DNA of 64,000 bases. Origin: Octopus vulgaris (lineage: Eukaryota). Below, in pieces: positions 13,076 to 26,006 of this stretch (its first letter is position 1; the number at the start of each line of letters is the position of its first letter). Below the pieces are notes generated by a model. That model was not told the origin of the DNA. It made no database searches and saw nothing but the letters and a program-made list of their open reading frames with translations. The stretch covers positions 140,430,001-140,494,000 of the forward strand of contig OX597817.1 of the NCBI GenBank assembly GCA_951406725.2, read 5' to 3'. The position numbers and the translations under genes are program-made.

Positions 13076-13669
13076 TTAGCCACTCCCTCATTAAGTCACA
13101 TGGGTAAAGTCAAAGAGCTAGAACATGGAATCAAAATTATGTTTCAGACTCGATTAACTCGAAGCTATTTTCAAAGATATAATCGATTTTAATATATTAT
13201 TTGTGTTTTTACAACGCATAGAATTCTTTTTTTTAAAGACAGAGATTGGAATGAATTATTTTTTTATCCTTAGATTATATTGGATTTCTCTAATAGAGGA
13301 ACCATCTTTTACTTAACTAATACTATTACTTCCATCCTGCTTGTCATTCTGCTTTTCTCTAATTTTATCTTCTCTCCCTCTCTCCTTCCCTCTTCCTCTA
13401 AATTGTTATAGAATTTTGCACTTAAACATATCTATTCTTCATTTTACTTCATTGCGTTCTTCCATTGTCTGAATAATGCTTTTTTAACCCTCTCATATTA
13501 TGAATTCCCCCGTTCTTTGATATTAACTTTCTGTGCGTCATTCCCATGTGTTGTTGTACAAGTGGCGGCATCATTCACCGGAGAGAGAGCAAAAAGGATG
13601 CGAGGAGAGTATGAGGTCGTGTCTTAACTGATTACCATCCTGGTATATTATTTGCACAATATTTTGGCA

Positions 13670-14168
13670 TACATACATACATGCACATATACGCACACAT
13701 ATGTATACATGCAAACATACACACATACATACACACGCATACACACACACACATACATACACACGCATACACACACACGCATACATACACACGCATACAT
13801 ACACACGCATACATACACGCATACACACACATGCATTCACACACACACATGCATTCACGCACACACATGCATTCACACACACACGTATTCACATACACAC
13901 ACATGCATTCACACACGCATTCACACACACACATACATTCACTCACACACATGCATTCAAACACATGCATGAATTCAAACACGCACACGCGCATACACGC
14001 ATACACATGCATACATACGCATGCATACATACACACATGCATTCACACACACATACATGCATTCCCACACACACACGCATGCATGCATACATACATACAT
14101 GAATGCATGCATACACACATACATGCATGCATACATGCATACTTGCGTACATAATGCATGCATGCATA
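13670..14168. repeat. Compound (CA)/(CATA)/(CATG) microsatellite
   Basis: Directly visible; source of the H/T/Y and C/V/M pseudo-ORFs. Confidence 0.95.
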
Positions 14169-14169
14169 C

Positions 14170-14765
14170 ATCAACGAAAAAGTTGAACGAATAAATAAAT
14201 TGGAAGAGCGATACTGCAAGTATGTAAAACAAAAATTCTACAGAGTCGACGGTGCAATACTCGAAAGAGTCTTCGGAAAAATATCAAGCAAGAAATTTTC
14301 AGGCCGAGGTCATATTACAGGATACTGCTTGGAAAGTTTCAGCTTCTTTCGACGGGATTTAATAAAATTGCTTCGGATGCGCATTATGGGCAGACTAAAC
14401 ATTTACCATGTGGTTGTGGACAGTCATCACCCTTCTCATCCCCACAAAACAGCCAAACCACTGAAGCTTGAAATTACTTCCCAATAGCCTGTCAAAAACA
14501 CCATATAGCCGTTGTATAGGGCTGCCTCGCCTTGGTTCTACAGGATCATTGTACAACTAACAATATCGTAACCCCACAAAAAGTAGGGGTGAAAGAAACA
14601 AGAGGCCGGTATCGAACACCGACTACATAATAAAATGATACAAGTGAGAGAATAATAAAGAATCGCCAAACCCTGGCTATGCTATGGCTAGACTACCAAA
14701 AATTCTTTGATAGTACACTCCACGGATGGAGTATCAAGACATTGCAATTAGCCAAAGTACCACCA
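14170..14765 (+). mobile_element. Decayed reverse transcriptase fragment of an R4/Dong-like element
   Basis: Manual translation across frameshifts: NYFPIACQ (NYRPITCL-like) and AMLWLDYQKFFDSTLHGWSIKTLQLAKVP (WIDYKKAYDSVPHSW-like). Confidence 0.65.
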
Positions 14766-14842
14766 CCACCACTACAACCGCGAGTCCATTGCCCTAACCA
14801 CTGGGCCATTGCGCCTCCACAAACACATACATACATATATAC

Positions 14843-15426
<584 letters not shown>

Positions 15427-18150
15427 CATAATACATACACACACACATACACACACACACACAAAATGGCCGAACCACGGAGCCCGCCAAACGGTTCTGA
15501 TCTTTCAATTCAAGTTCCTTTACTTACGTAATATGCTCTTGGGAAACGGATGAACACCGCAACGACTCGTTTTTTTTTTCTATCATGTGAGAGGAAATCC
15601 TCGAATGGAAAGGTGCCGTGATGTTAAACTTTTAACCGAATCTTTGATCCAGCTTTGACTTTGTCTACTGGAATCAATAATTGTTCTCACAAAGGTATGA
15701 ACACCAAAACTTTCCATTTCTTTTCTGTAAAATGCCAAACATTTAAGGCTTCGGGGTATATGAGAGTGGTAGGAGAAAAGCAAAATGGATATTTTACTAC
15801 GTTTAAAATCCAGTTCAGTGCTGAATTTATTTGAAATTTTTCCGATGTTAAATATTCATTCCACTAGAATCGATAAAGTACCAATAAGAGTGATTATATT
15901 GATTAGATCTCTTTAAAAAGGATCTTTTACTCAGGCTACAGAAATCAATATTTTTGTTGTTGACCTTTCAACCAGAAGTGTACTTCTAAAATGGCGATTA
16001 TATTCTTGAGTCGAACAAAAACTAAAAGTTCGAACTAATATCAGCTTTATTGATAATTTCTATCTGACATTTTCAAGTGAGTCACAACATTCTTTTTGAC
16101 TTGAATTAGTCTAGCGTCAAAAACTGCATTACATTATTACTTCTCCATTAATACCAATTAATAGAACTTCCAATCACTTTTAACGTCATTTCAAGACTGT
16201 TTTAAATAATTCTAGCGAAAACTTTCCAATCCGTTTGATGTATTTTATTGTAAGCATTACCAATCATTTATCGTTTTCAACCGATAAAGCTAAATAAAGA
16301 ACTGAAGCCGATCGGAACCAGTGAGTTAATTTGATAATATTAAAAAAATATGTATTTTAGTTATTAATCTATATATCTCGTTTCGATTTCGAAGAATATC
16401 AAACGTTGTTGCTTTCAACATATTCCAAGAATGGACAAAAGATAATAAAATAGTTAATAAGCTTCGATAATAATTACTTTACATCGCGATTTATAGCTTG
16501 GAAGAATTTGCAATGTCCAGAAAGAATTCCTTCGGTATTATATGAATGTAAAAGTTAATAGAGTTCGGTGCGGTGCGAAAACTGGTCAATAGGTTCACAG
16601 ACGTCGTAGAACAACAACAACAACTACTACTACTGTGGCTGCTGCTGCTATGTATTGAAGAATAATAGGCAATTGCAGTCACGTGAAAAGAGTAGCCTCA
16701 TAATTAATGCGGTGATGCTGTTGTTGTTTTTATTGCTATTGTTGTTGTTGCTTTTCTCCTGCTTACTCTGTTATTCTTATTAATCTGCAACACACTTCAT
16801 TATTTCTTCTCCCTAAAGGGACATTACAAACCATGACCTCAACACTTCCATAAATAATAAATTCTACAACAAATGAACTCTTCAAGTTTTGTCTTTCTTT
16901 GCATTAATAAACTTTTTGTTGACCTTTATTAATGTTTCTTTATCATATCTCTGTGGGGAGGGGCAGCGTCGAACAGCTGGAAGCAAGTAAGGAACGTAGG
17001 GTTGTGGCGAACTTTAGCGAATGGTGGAGGGTGTCGCTGTTGTGTAGTGGATCCTGCCGGTTTAGGGCAGAGGTAGAAGTTACAGTGGTGTGTGCTGTTG
17101 TATAATAGTGGTAGGCGTTGCACGGCAGTGGTAAAAATAGTTGTGGTGGTGGTCGTTATAACAGAACAGTTGTAAAAGTTATAGTATTGTAATGGTGGAT
17201 GTTGTGATAGAACAGTAGCCGGTGTTTCAGTGAAGTAGAGGTTAGAGTAGAAAACTATTGGACGTAGAGAGAATTGTAAGTAATGAATAATATTTCAGAT
17301 CATTGGTGAGTGTCAATGTCGAAGTATGGTCAAGGCTGCAGTGAATTAGAAACAAATGCTCCAAGAATATGAACGAAAGTTTCTATCTTTTAAAACACTT
17401 CATATCTGTGGTGGCCATATGAGAGATATGGTCATCATTGATTTTTCCTTTCTTTTTCTGCTAAATTATAGAAGTGCCTTAACTCCATCCAGATCAAAAG
17501 CAATACGTATACCAAATCTTGCCTGGATGGCTTAGTTGAAAAGTTCATTCTAAAATAGCTCGAGTTTCAATGCATTTTCGATTCACAATCGACTTTATAC
17601 ACGTTGATAACTGATGACTTGCAGATGAAAAAAGGTAACATCAAAATTTCTCAGTGATTTCCAACTAAAGACAAAAATCTTTTTGTACAGCGAGAAAAAG
17701 AATTCACATTTCTTGCATTAAGTTTTGGTGATCATCATATTTTTACCTGTCCCACTTAAAGGTTGTGTTTGTTAGGTTTCTTTTTTTTGCTTGAAAATCC
17801 TTGCTTCTCCAGATTGTGACTTAAACATCTAATAGCGCAACTGAGGGCACCAGTGTATTGGTATGAACGTAAATTTATGTTTCAGTAGAGGAATTATACA
17901 TATCGAACCAATTACCCATAGATATGACCGTTTAGTTCATTTTGGAAGGCATTATCTTTTATCAGCCTCAGTCAGTAGACTGCGACCATGCTGGGGCACC
18001 ACCTGTTTACATCTACAGAACAACTAGCCTTTCTGAATACACATGATATCTCTTTTGTCCCTCAAAGCTATCAGGTCATACCTCAAGGAGGAGCTGTGCC
18101 ATTTGAGCCTGGATGACTGCCGGATTGTCCACGGTACACTAGAAAAGCCA

Positions 18151-18380
18151 GCGGCGAGCTGGCAGAAACGTTAGCAGGCCGGGTGAAATGCGTAGCCGTA
18201 TTTCGTCTGCCGCTACATTCTGAGTTCAAATTCTGCTGATATCGACTTTGCCTTTCATCCTTCGGGGTCGATTAAATAAGTACCAGTTACGCACCGGGGT
18301 CGATATAATAGACTTAATCCGTTTGTCTGTCCTTGTTTGTCCCCTCTGTGTTTAGCCCCTTGTGGGTAGTAAAGAAATAG
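18151..18380 (+). mobile_element. Full-length Nin/Deu-domain-like tRNA SINE with 17-bp TSD
   Basis: TSD GTACACTAGAAAAGCCA at 18134-18150 and 18381-18397; B-box GAGTTCAAATT. Confidence 0.9.
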
Positions 18381-18578
18381 GTACACTAGAAAAGCCAATT
18401 CGATCACTGCACTATCTGAGCATGAAAAAAAAGTGGCTCACGTATTCCTTAAGTAATATATCTATATGTGTGAGTGTGTGTACATACACACATATGCATA
18501 TGTATATGTGTATGTATGTATGTATGTGTGTGTGTGTAAGAAAAATGTATTTGCTTACGAGTATATATACTTTTGGAG

Positions 18579-18612
<34 letters not shown>

Positions 18613-18822
18613 CACACACAAACACACACATATATATATATATATATACACTATATACACACACACACACATTAGTAATCTCAAGATTAATCAGCCGAAA
18701 TTACTACGATGATCCGGTTCTTGACTGAAGACTGAGGGTTTCGAATGTCCTGTCCGTGTTTATTGTATCGTCTTCTACGAGTTATACGTTCTTGTCCATG
18801 TTGTATTTTTCTACATACCTTA

Positions 18823-18855
<33 letters not shown>

Positions 18856-18858
18856 CAA

Positions 18859-18892
<34 letters not shown>

Positions 18893-18893
18893 G

Positions 18894-19073
<180 letters not shown>

Positions 19074-19940
19074 TAAATTAGAGCAGTTAACAACAATCAT
19101 GTAAGTGATAGTGCATTGTGAAATGAAGCACTAAGATGAAAATAAAGCTTCTAAGATGGAGTTAAAAAGCAATTCTATTTTCAAAGTTCCCTTATGGCTC
19201 CTGCTTCAGCTTCTGCTAAATCTTGCAGCCTTCCTCACATAAATGCAAACATAAAATGGAAATGTGCAACTTAACACACAATGAAACCTGTTCTGTCATT
19301 AAAACACTCTTAAATTTGCTTCTATCTTTTTATGTTCTCCTTCAGATATTCAAGCTACACAAAGGGCTTGTTTATGACATTAATAGCGAACATCTACAAC
19401 AGTTAACACACAGTCAAGTTAAAAATCAATGCACCCGGTATTTCATACATTTTCAATGTTGATGTAGACGATATTTTTCGACGTTATACAACAGGGATAC
19501 CTGTACTGGTTCGAACTACATCTTCTTTGATTCTGAAACCCGTCCCTTACCCCTGCTATCCTACACTAATTTAACGAAATAATTGGTGATTTAACCTTGC
19601 AGAAGATAATGATACAACAATTTTTAAAATCTGTAAGGATAGACTCTTAACACATTTCAGGAATGTAATCCCTTATGGCAGGCTTGCGCAACGCCAACAC
19701 CTCCCCTTTTTGTTGGACAATCATGAGTTTAGAACCATGAATGTGAACTATAAGAATACTTTCCCTTTTGGGACCTTCTGTTCTTGCAACGATGACTGTT
19801 AAAAGCAAGAAGACTATAACTTCTAATAAAACTAACAATTTGAACATTAATATAATTCAACATAAACATCAGGATCCTGAAATCTCCATGGTGATTTGTA
19901 CATTGGCCAGCTCTTATATATACATATATAACAAATCATA

Positions 19941-19971
<31 letters not shown>

Positions 19972-19979
19972 ATCTATAC

Positions 19980-20365
19980 AGGTGTGGCTGTGTGGTATAG
20001 GCGCAGGAGTGGCTTGTGGTAAGAAGCATGCTTCCCAGCCGCATGATTCTAGGTTCAGTCCCACTGCGTGTCACCTTGGGCAAGTATCTTCTTTTATAGC
20101 CTCGGGTCAGCCAAAGCCTTGTGAGCGAATTTGGTAGACGGAGACTGAAAGAAGCTCGTCATAAATATATATATACATGTGTGTGTGTGTCTGTTTGTTT
20201 TTGTCCCCTCACCATCACTTGACAATTGATGTTGGTGTGTTTAAGTCCCCGTAACTTAGCGGTTCGGCAAAAGACACCGATAAAATAAGTACTAGGCTTA
20301 CAAAGAATAAGTCCTGGGGTTGAATTGTTCAACTGAAGGCGGTGCTCCAGCATGGCTGCAGTCAT
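19980..20365 (+). mobile_element. tRNA-derived SINE (CORE-like CCTTGGGCAAGT body)
   Basis: GGCGCAGGAGTGGCT..TGGTAAGAAGC...GGTTCAGTCCCACTGCGTG..ACCTTGGGCAAGT. Second copy at 57824-57990. Confidence 0.7.
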
Positions 20366-20897
20366 ATATATATATATAAGGGAATTCAATCAGAGATAAC
20401 TTGAAATTACACTGACGATGATCATTAATATCAACATCAAGAATGGTATGGTATACGACTCATTGATTGCTTATCTAAAAGATTACACCTAAAAGAATTA
20501 CTCCTAAAAAGGAAACACCAAACTCGTTCAATCACTATAAATCTCTGAAAACACTGCTATGATATTCTGCAGAAGACAACAATTGACAAACAGTGTAAGA
20601 GAGGGTTAAAATAAAACTGAACTCCTTCTAAGCAGTTCTCAGGTGTTCTACAGCTAACAGGCACCAATTATTTGTTCTATAGAAACCAACACAATAATTA
20701 GGCGATTGATGATAAAAGCAATGTACATTACAGAGATTATCGGATTAAGGTTAAAACAAACATGAAAATAAGATACACTTGCATAAACATGAATTCTTGA
20801 TTGGTGATCGATAAATTTAACTGTCAAAGTTTAAATTCCAGTACTGATCACATTGGTATACTGTATAAAGAGGTAGCAACATGCACCAACATCACTT

Positions 20898-20940
20898 CAC
20901 CCTGAAGATATGATTGTGATAATGTTTAGAAACGTCGGTG
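20898..20940 (+). ncRNA. Minimal type I hammerhead motif (weak stem II)
   Basis: CACC-CTGAAGA-tatgattgtgataatgttta-GAAAC-GTC-GGTG. Perfect 4-bp stem I; loop-less stem III. Confidence 0.55.
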
Positions 20941-21570
20941 ATGGATTTCAGCTCTTTACTAAACAACGGGGACATTAAATGAATATATGATGATAAAAGA
21001 AAATAACGATAAACTAAAACTCAGTGATGCTGTGGATTTTTGTCAAAAAAAAAATCGTTCCTTGTCATGTGTCTAAGTAGATATGTTCAACGAATACAAA
21101 TTGAGGTTCATCAATTATTATACAGTCTTGATATATATAGAAATTGTATCTGCCTTTTCAGAACATGTTAGAATCACCAAATGGTAATTAAGACCAGCTC
21201 CATATGGAGATAATCTAAAGAAACAAGAATTCTTCAAAGGCTTGTTATCTGGAGATAAAAAGGTAGTCCTAGACAAGTGTTTCTTCCTGTTTGGGCAACA
21301 TCAGCACAGATAATTGCCCTATCTCCATCAACTAAGGGACATAGACACAAAGAGTAGAACACACTTTTGGCCTAAGTAATTTGCATAAATGAAACAAAAG
21401 TGAGCCGAAAGAAATTACTCCGAGTGGCTGGTGGTATGTATTTGAACAACCTAAACGAATGCGGGTAACATAATTTCTTTGTTTTATCAAAATTATTTCC
21501 ACCGCCAGGAGATTTTGTTACAATTAACAAATGACAATATATATGTTTATATATGTCTATATATCTTCCT

Positions 21571-21879
21571 GTGGAGGCGCAATGGCCTAGTGGTTAGGGC
21601 AGCGGACTCGCGGTCGTAGGATCGCGGTTTCGATTCCCAGACCGGGCGTTGTGAGTGTTTATTGAGCAAAAACACCTAAAGCTCCACGAGGCTCCGGCAG
21701 GGGATGGTGGCGATCCCTGCTGTACTCTTTCGCCACAACTTTCTCTCACTCTTTCTTCTGTTGGCCTGCTCGCTTAGCCAGCGGGGTGGCGTCATTTGAA
21801 GGCTAAAACAATGCGAAGCGCATTGTGACCAGCGATGTGTAACAACATCTGATGGCCTGGTCGGTCACGGTGGTCACGG
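21571..21879 (+). mobile_element. Full-length tRNA-derived SINE with 13-bp TSD
   Basis: A-box TGGCCTAGTGG, B-box-like GGTTTCGATTCC. TSD TATATATCTTCCT at 21558-21570 and 21880-21892. Copies at 59850-60158 (-), 42812-42912 (-, partial) and 14775-14820 (-, head). Confidence 0.85.
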
Positions 21880-22064
21880 TATATATCTTCCTACCAGCAT
21901 ATAAATATATAAATACATACATGCCTGTAGACGTGTCGACTGACATAAAAACCTAGTTGTGAAATTGTTTGACTCAACGATCAAATCAACGGGATTACTG
22001 ACGTATAATGCTAACGGTAAAAACACTTGGTAGGAGAGTCTATATAAGTCCAATATTAGAATCC

Positions 22065-22250
22065 CGGACGAAACGCTTGGCGGTATTTCGCCTCTCTTTA
22101 CTTTCTGAGTTCAAATTCTGCCGAAGTCGACTTTGTCTTTCATACTTTCGGGGTCGATAAATTAAGTACCAGTTGCATACTGGGGTCGATCTAATCGACT
22201 GGCCCCCTTTCCCCGAAATTTCGGGCCTTGTGCCTTGAGTAGAAAAGAAT
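22065..22250 (+). mobile_element. Nin/Deu-domain-like SINE (short-tail variant)
   Basis: Core GTCGACTTTG.CTTTCAT.CTTTCGGGGTCGATAAATTAAGTACCAG; tail AGTAGAAAAGA. Confidence 0.75.
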
Positions 22251-22781
22251 GTTTAAAAAACAGCACAAATGTCGAGTATATTAAATTCTAAATGGTAATG
22301 TGAAGGCCTGGAAAAGCCGGATACGAATAGACTAGATTTATTCTTCAAAACTAACTACAAAGAAAAAAAAAACAAAGAAGAAATATGAATAATCTGAAAT
22401 AAAAAGATAAAACTTGCACACAATCGTGTATTTAATAGAACATGAATGAAAGAAAAACTGTTTCACACACACGTGTGTGTGTGCGCGTGCATTTGTGTAC
22501 GTAGTAAACATTAGGAAAATGCTTGAAGACTGTTTAATGTCTGGCATGGTATCTATTTAACGCTGTGCTGTTTGACCCTTGTGTTAAATGTTTAAGCGGG
22601 AAAATGGTTCAGCTGAAATCTGTTAATGGCGGAAAACCGAAAGAAAGCAGCGGATAAAGATATAAGATTTACTGAGAGATTGCTTTTAACTGTTTAAAAC
22701 TTGTCTGATTTATAGGGAATGAAGAAAAGGGATACGGTGGAATTTGTCATCTCTAGCAAATTTATCAGCTCAGTTGAACAT

Positions 22782-23039
<258 letters not shown>

Positions 23040-23290
23040 CACAAGGCTTTAAGGCGGTCCCAGTAATCTAGGTAAGTCATGCCGTCAATTCGTTTAGTGA
23101 GTGCCCTCTGGGGTGATTCAATTTTCGAGATGTTTTGTTTTGTATGGGAAGACCACAAGGGGCAGCAGTATTTAAGGTGTGGCTGTACAAAGGAGCAGAA
23201 AAGTGGAATGATGGTACCTTGTTCTCTGGACCGGAAGGTTCTTAAGATCCAGGAGCTCACATTACGTGCTATATCGACCTTATTGTTGAT
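23040..23290 (-). mobile_element. Internal fragment of the CR1/L2-group LINE family
   Basis: SSWILRTFRSREQGTIIPLFCSFVQPHLKYCCPLWSSH...[15 protein letters not shown] aligns to ORF2 at ~51590-51840. AT-repeat on both sides. Confidence 0.85.
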
Positions 23291-23584
23291 ATATATAATT
23301 ATACATATAAATATATATTATATATATAATTATACATATAGATATATATATATTAATATACATACATACACAGTCCATACATAATACAAAACAGATGTGT
23401 GTGTATGTGTTCTTATATATACGCACGCAGATATGCATATATGATAATACCGTGTCCGCGTGCAAATGTTAATGTGTGCGAGGATTTATCATTCATCTTT
23501 CTATTTTCCGACATGTTTGTATGTAATACGTGTGCATAAAGCTTCATTGAATATACTTATATAAGATCTACACATGAACGCGAA

Positions 23585-23616
<32 letters not shown>

Positions 23617-24033
23617 TGTATTATATGTGTATGTAAGTGTGTGTCTATATGCTAGTGTTTGTTTTTATCTCTTTTGGGTTTCGCTGTATTTGTACGCAAT
23701 AAGAAACTAAACTGAATATATAAGCTAACTCTTTTTCTCTCCTTCTCAATCTTTCTCTCTCTCTCTCCACAGACACACACACACACGCACGTTATACATC
23801 TAAACATACCCTTGCATCCACTCACATATAATGGCAGAGATATACAGTGAAGTATGAGACTATTTCAGTAAAGAGTCGGAAATAACCAGCAACAGAGAAA
23901 AAGTTAAGAGGATGTTAAAAATACATTTTTCAATTCTGAAACGAAATGCTAATCACCTTTATTATGTAGTGTAAAATTAGTCACCACACACACACGCACA
24001 CACATACATATGTATACACACACACACGCACAC

Positions 24034-24115
<82 letters not shown>

Positions 24116-24737
24116 TTATGTACGTGTGTATGTATATACATATGTATACATGTATATATATATATGTATATATAAATATATATGTATGTGTATATGTATA
24201 TATAAATATATATGTATGTGTATATACATATATATATATGTGTGTGTGTGTGTGTGTATATATATATGTGTGTGTGTATATATGTGTGTGTGTGCTTGCG
24301 TGTGTATGAGAAAAAGAACACAGTCGGGGTTCAAAATACACAACAGCTGTTTCAACAGCATTTTATTGATTACATTTTATTGATTACATCATGGCAAAAT
24401 ATCCGCCATCATCCGGTAAATTGTAAACAATGAGGCACCCGTAGAATTGCCCGTTCTACAACGTAGCTGTTGAGTGAGTCATCTATTTCTACTTTACCTG
24501 TTTGTTGAAAATTTACCTGATGAGAGTAAATTTTTGCTATGATATAATCTAAGCATGCATAAGAAAATGTTGCTGAAACAGCTTTTGCGAATTTGGAACC
24601 CAACTTAGGTTCTTCTTTTATACATACGCTACACTTGGAACCATCCCTGGGTTAGGTCTACAATTTATATTGGATTGGGTACCTATGTATGTATGTTTAT
24701 GTCTATGTGTAATAGAAGATTCTATATAAGTGATATT

Positions 24738-25160
24738 AAGGCGGCGAGCTGGCAGAAACGTTAGCACGCCGGGCGAAATGCTTACCGATATTTCGTCTGC
24801 CGCTACGTTCTGAGTTCAAATTCCGCCGAGGTCGACTTTGCCTTTCATCCTTTCTGGGTCGATTAAATAAGTACCAGTTACGCACTGGGGTCGATAGGAT
24901 CGACTTAATCCGTTTGTCTGTCCTTGTTTATCCCCTCTATGTTTAGCCCCATGTGGGTAATAAAGAAATAGGTATTTCGTCTGCCGTTACGTTGTGAGTT
25001 CAAATTCCGCCGAGGTCGACTTTGCCTTACATCCTTTCGGGGTCGATAAATTAAGTGCCAGTTACGCACTGGGGTCAATGTAATCGACTAAATCCGTTTG
25101 CCTGTCCTTGTTTGTCCCTTCTGCGTTTAGCCCCTTGTGGGTAGTAAAGCAATAGGTATT
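24738..25160 (+). mobile_element. Nin/Deu-domain-like SINE dimer (full head plus head-less second unit)
   Basis: 184-bp period; junction AAAGAAATAG|GTATTTCGTCTGCCG at ~24971. Directly followed by opposite-strand diverged copies (~25160-25445). Confidence 0.85.
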
Positions 25161-25879
25161 TATTTTATTGACCCCGAAGGTATAGAACGGCAAAGTTAAT
25201 CTCGACAACATTTGAACTCAGAATGTAAAGAGCCGGAAGAAATGCTGCTAAGTATTTTGTCCGGTGAGGTAATGATTTTTCCAGAATACCGACTTTTCGA
25301 AATTGTTTCAATATTGCTGATACAAGGCCAGCAGCTAATCGATATCATCGTCCAAGTTTTTGACCGATACTTTATTTTATCTACCCCGAAAGGATGAAAA
25401 GCAAACTTAACCTTCGCAGGATTTGAACTCAAAGTGTAAAGAAGCGGGAGCAATACTACAATGCTTTTTATTGAATGTTCTAACAATTCTGCTAAAAATG
25501 CCGCTCTTAAAATCCAAATCTTGAAACGGCAACGTTGCTGCAAGAAACGAACAACAATCTGTTGGGAACATAGCTCAGCCCCTTATCCATTCGGCTCGTT
25601 GCAACTGGCATCATTTCCAGTGTTGGAATGAAAATAAAAGTCTAATCTGAATCTAATACGTGTTCGAATGTACGGCTCAGTGCTACGATATTAAATATTC
25701 TTCCTTACAACAAGATAACTAATTTCCGGGTATAAAACCTCTCCCACACCCCGAGTATAATAATTCTATTCTGTTACCTGACGATGCAAGAAATTTTACG
25801 AAGCCAAAGCCAGGATGTTTAAAATGGTTTGACTAGTGTTACGTGATGATGCCTCATTTAACCTGATCAGTTGGAAGCG

Positions 25880-26006
<127 letters not shown>

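Noticed and set aside
18690-18820. CTGAAGA-containing repeat end (also CTGANGA at ~7565, 20413, 25778 and 43727)
   Set aside because: No properly placed GAAA plus NUH with pairing stems; not called as hammerheads.
21571-21645. tRNA-like sequences (also near 2682, 33722, 35627 and 60090)
   Set aside because: A/B boxes continue into SINE bodies (with a TSD at 21571); no clean cloverleaf or acceptor stem.
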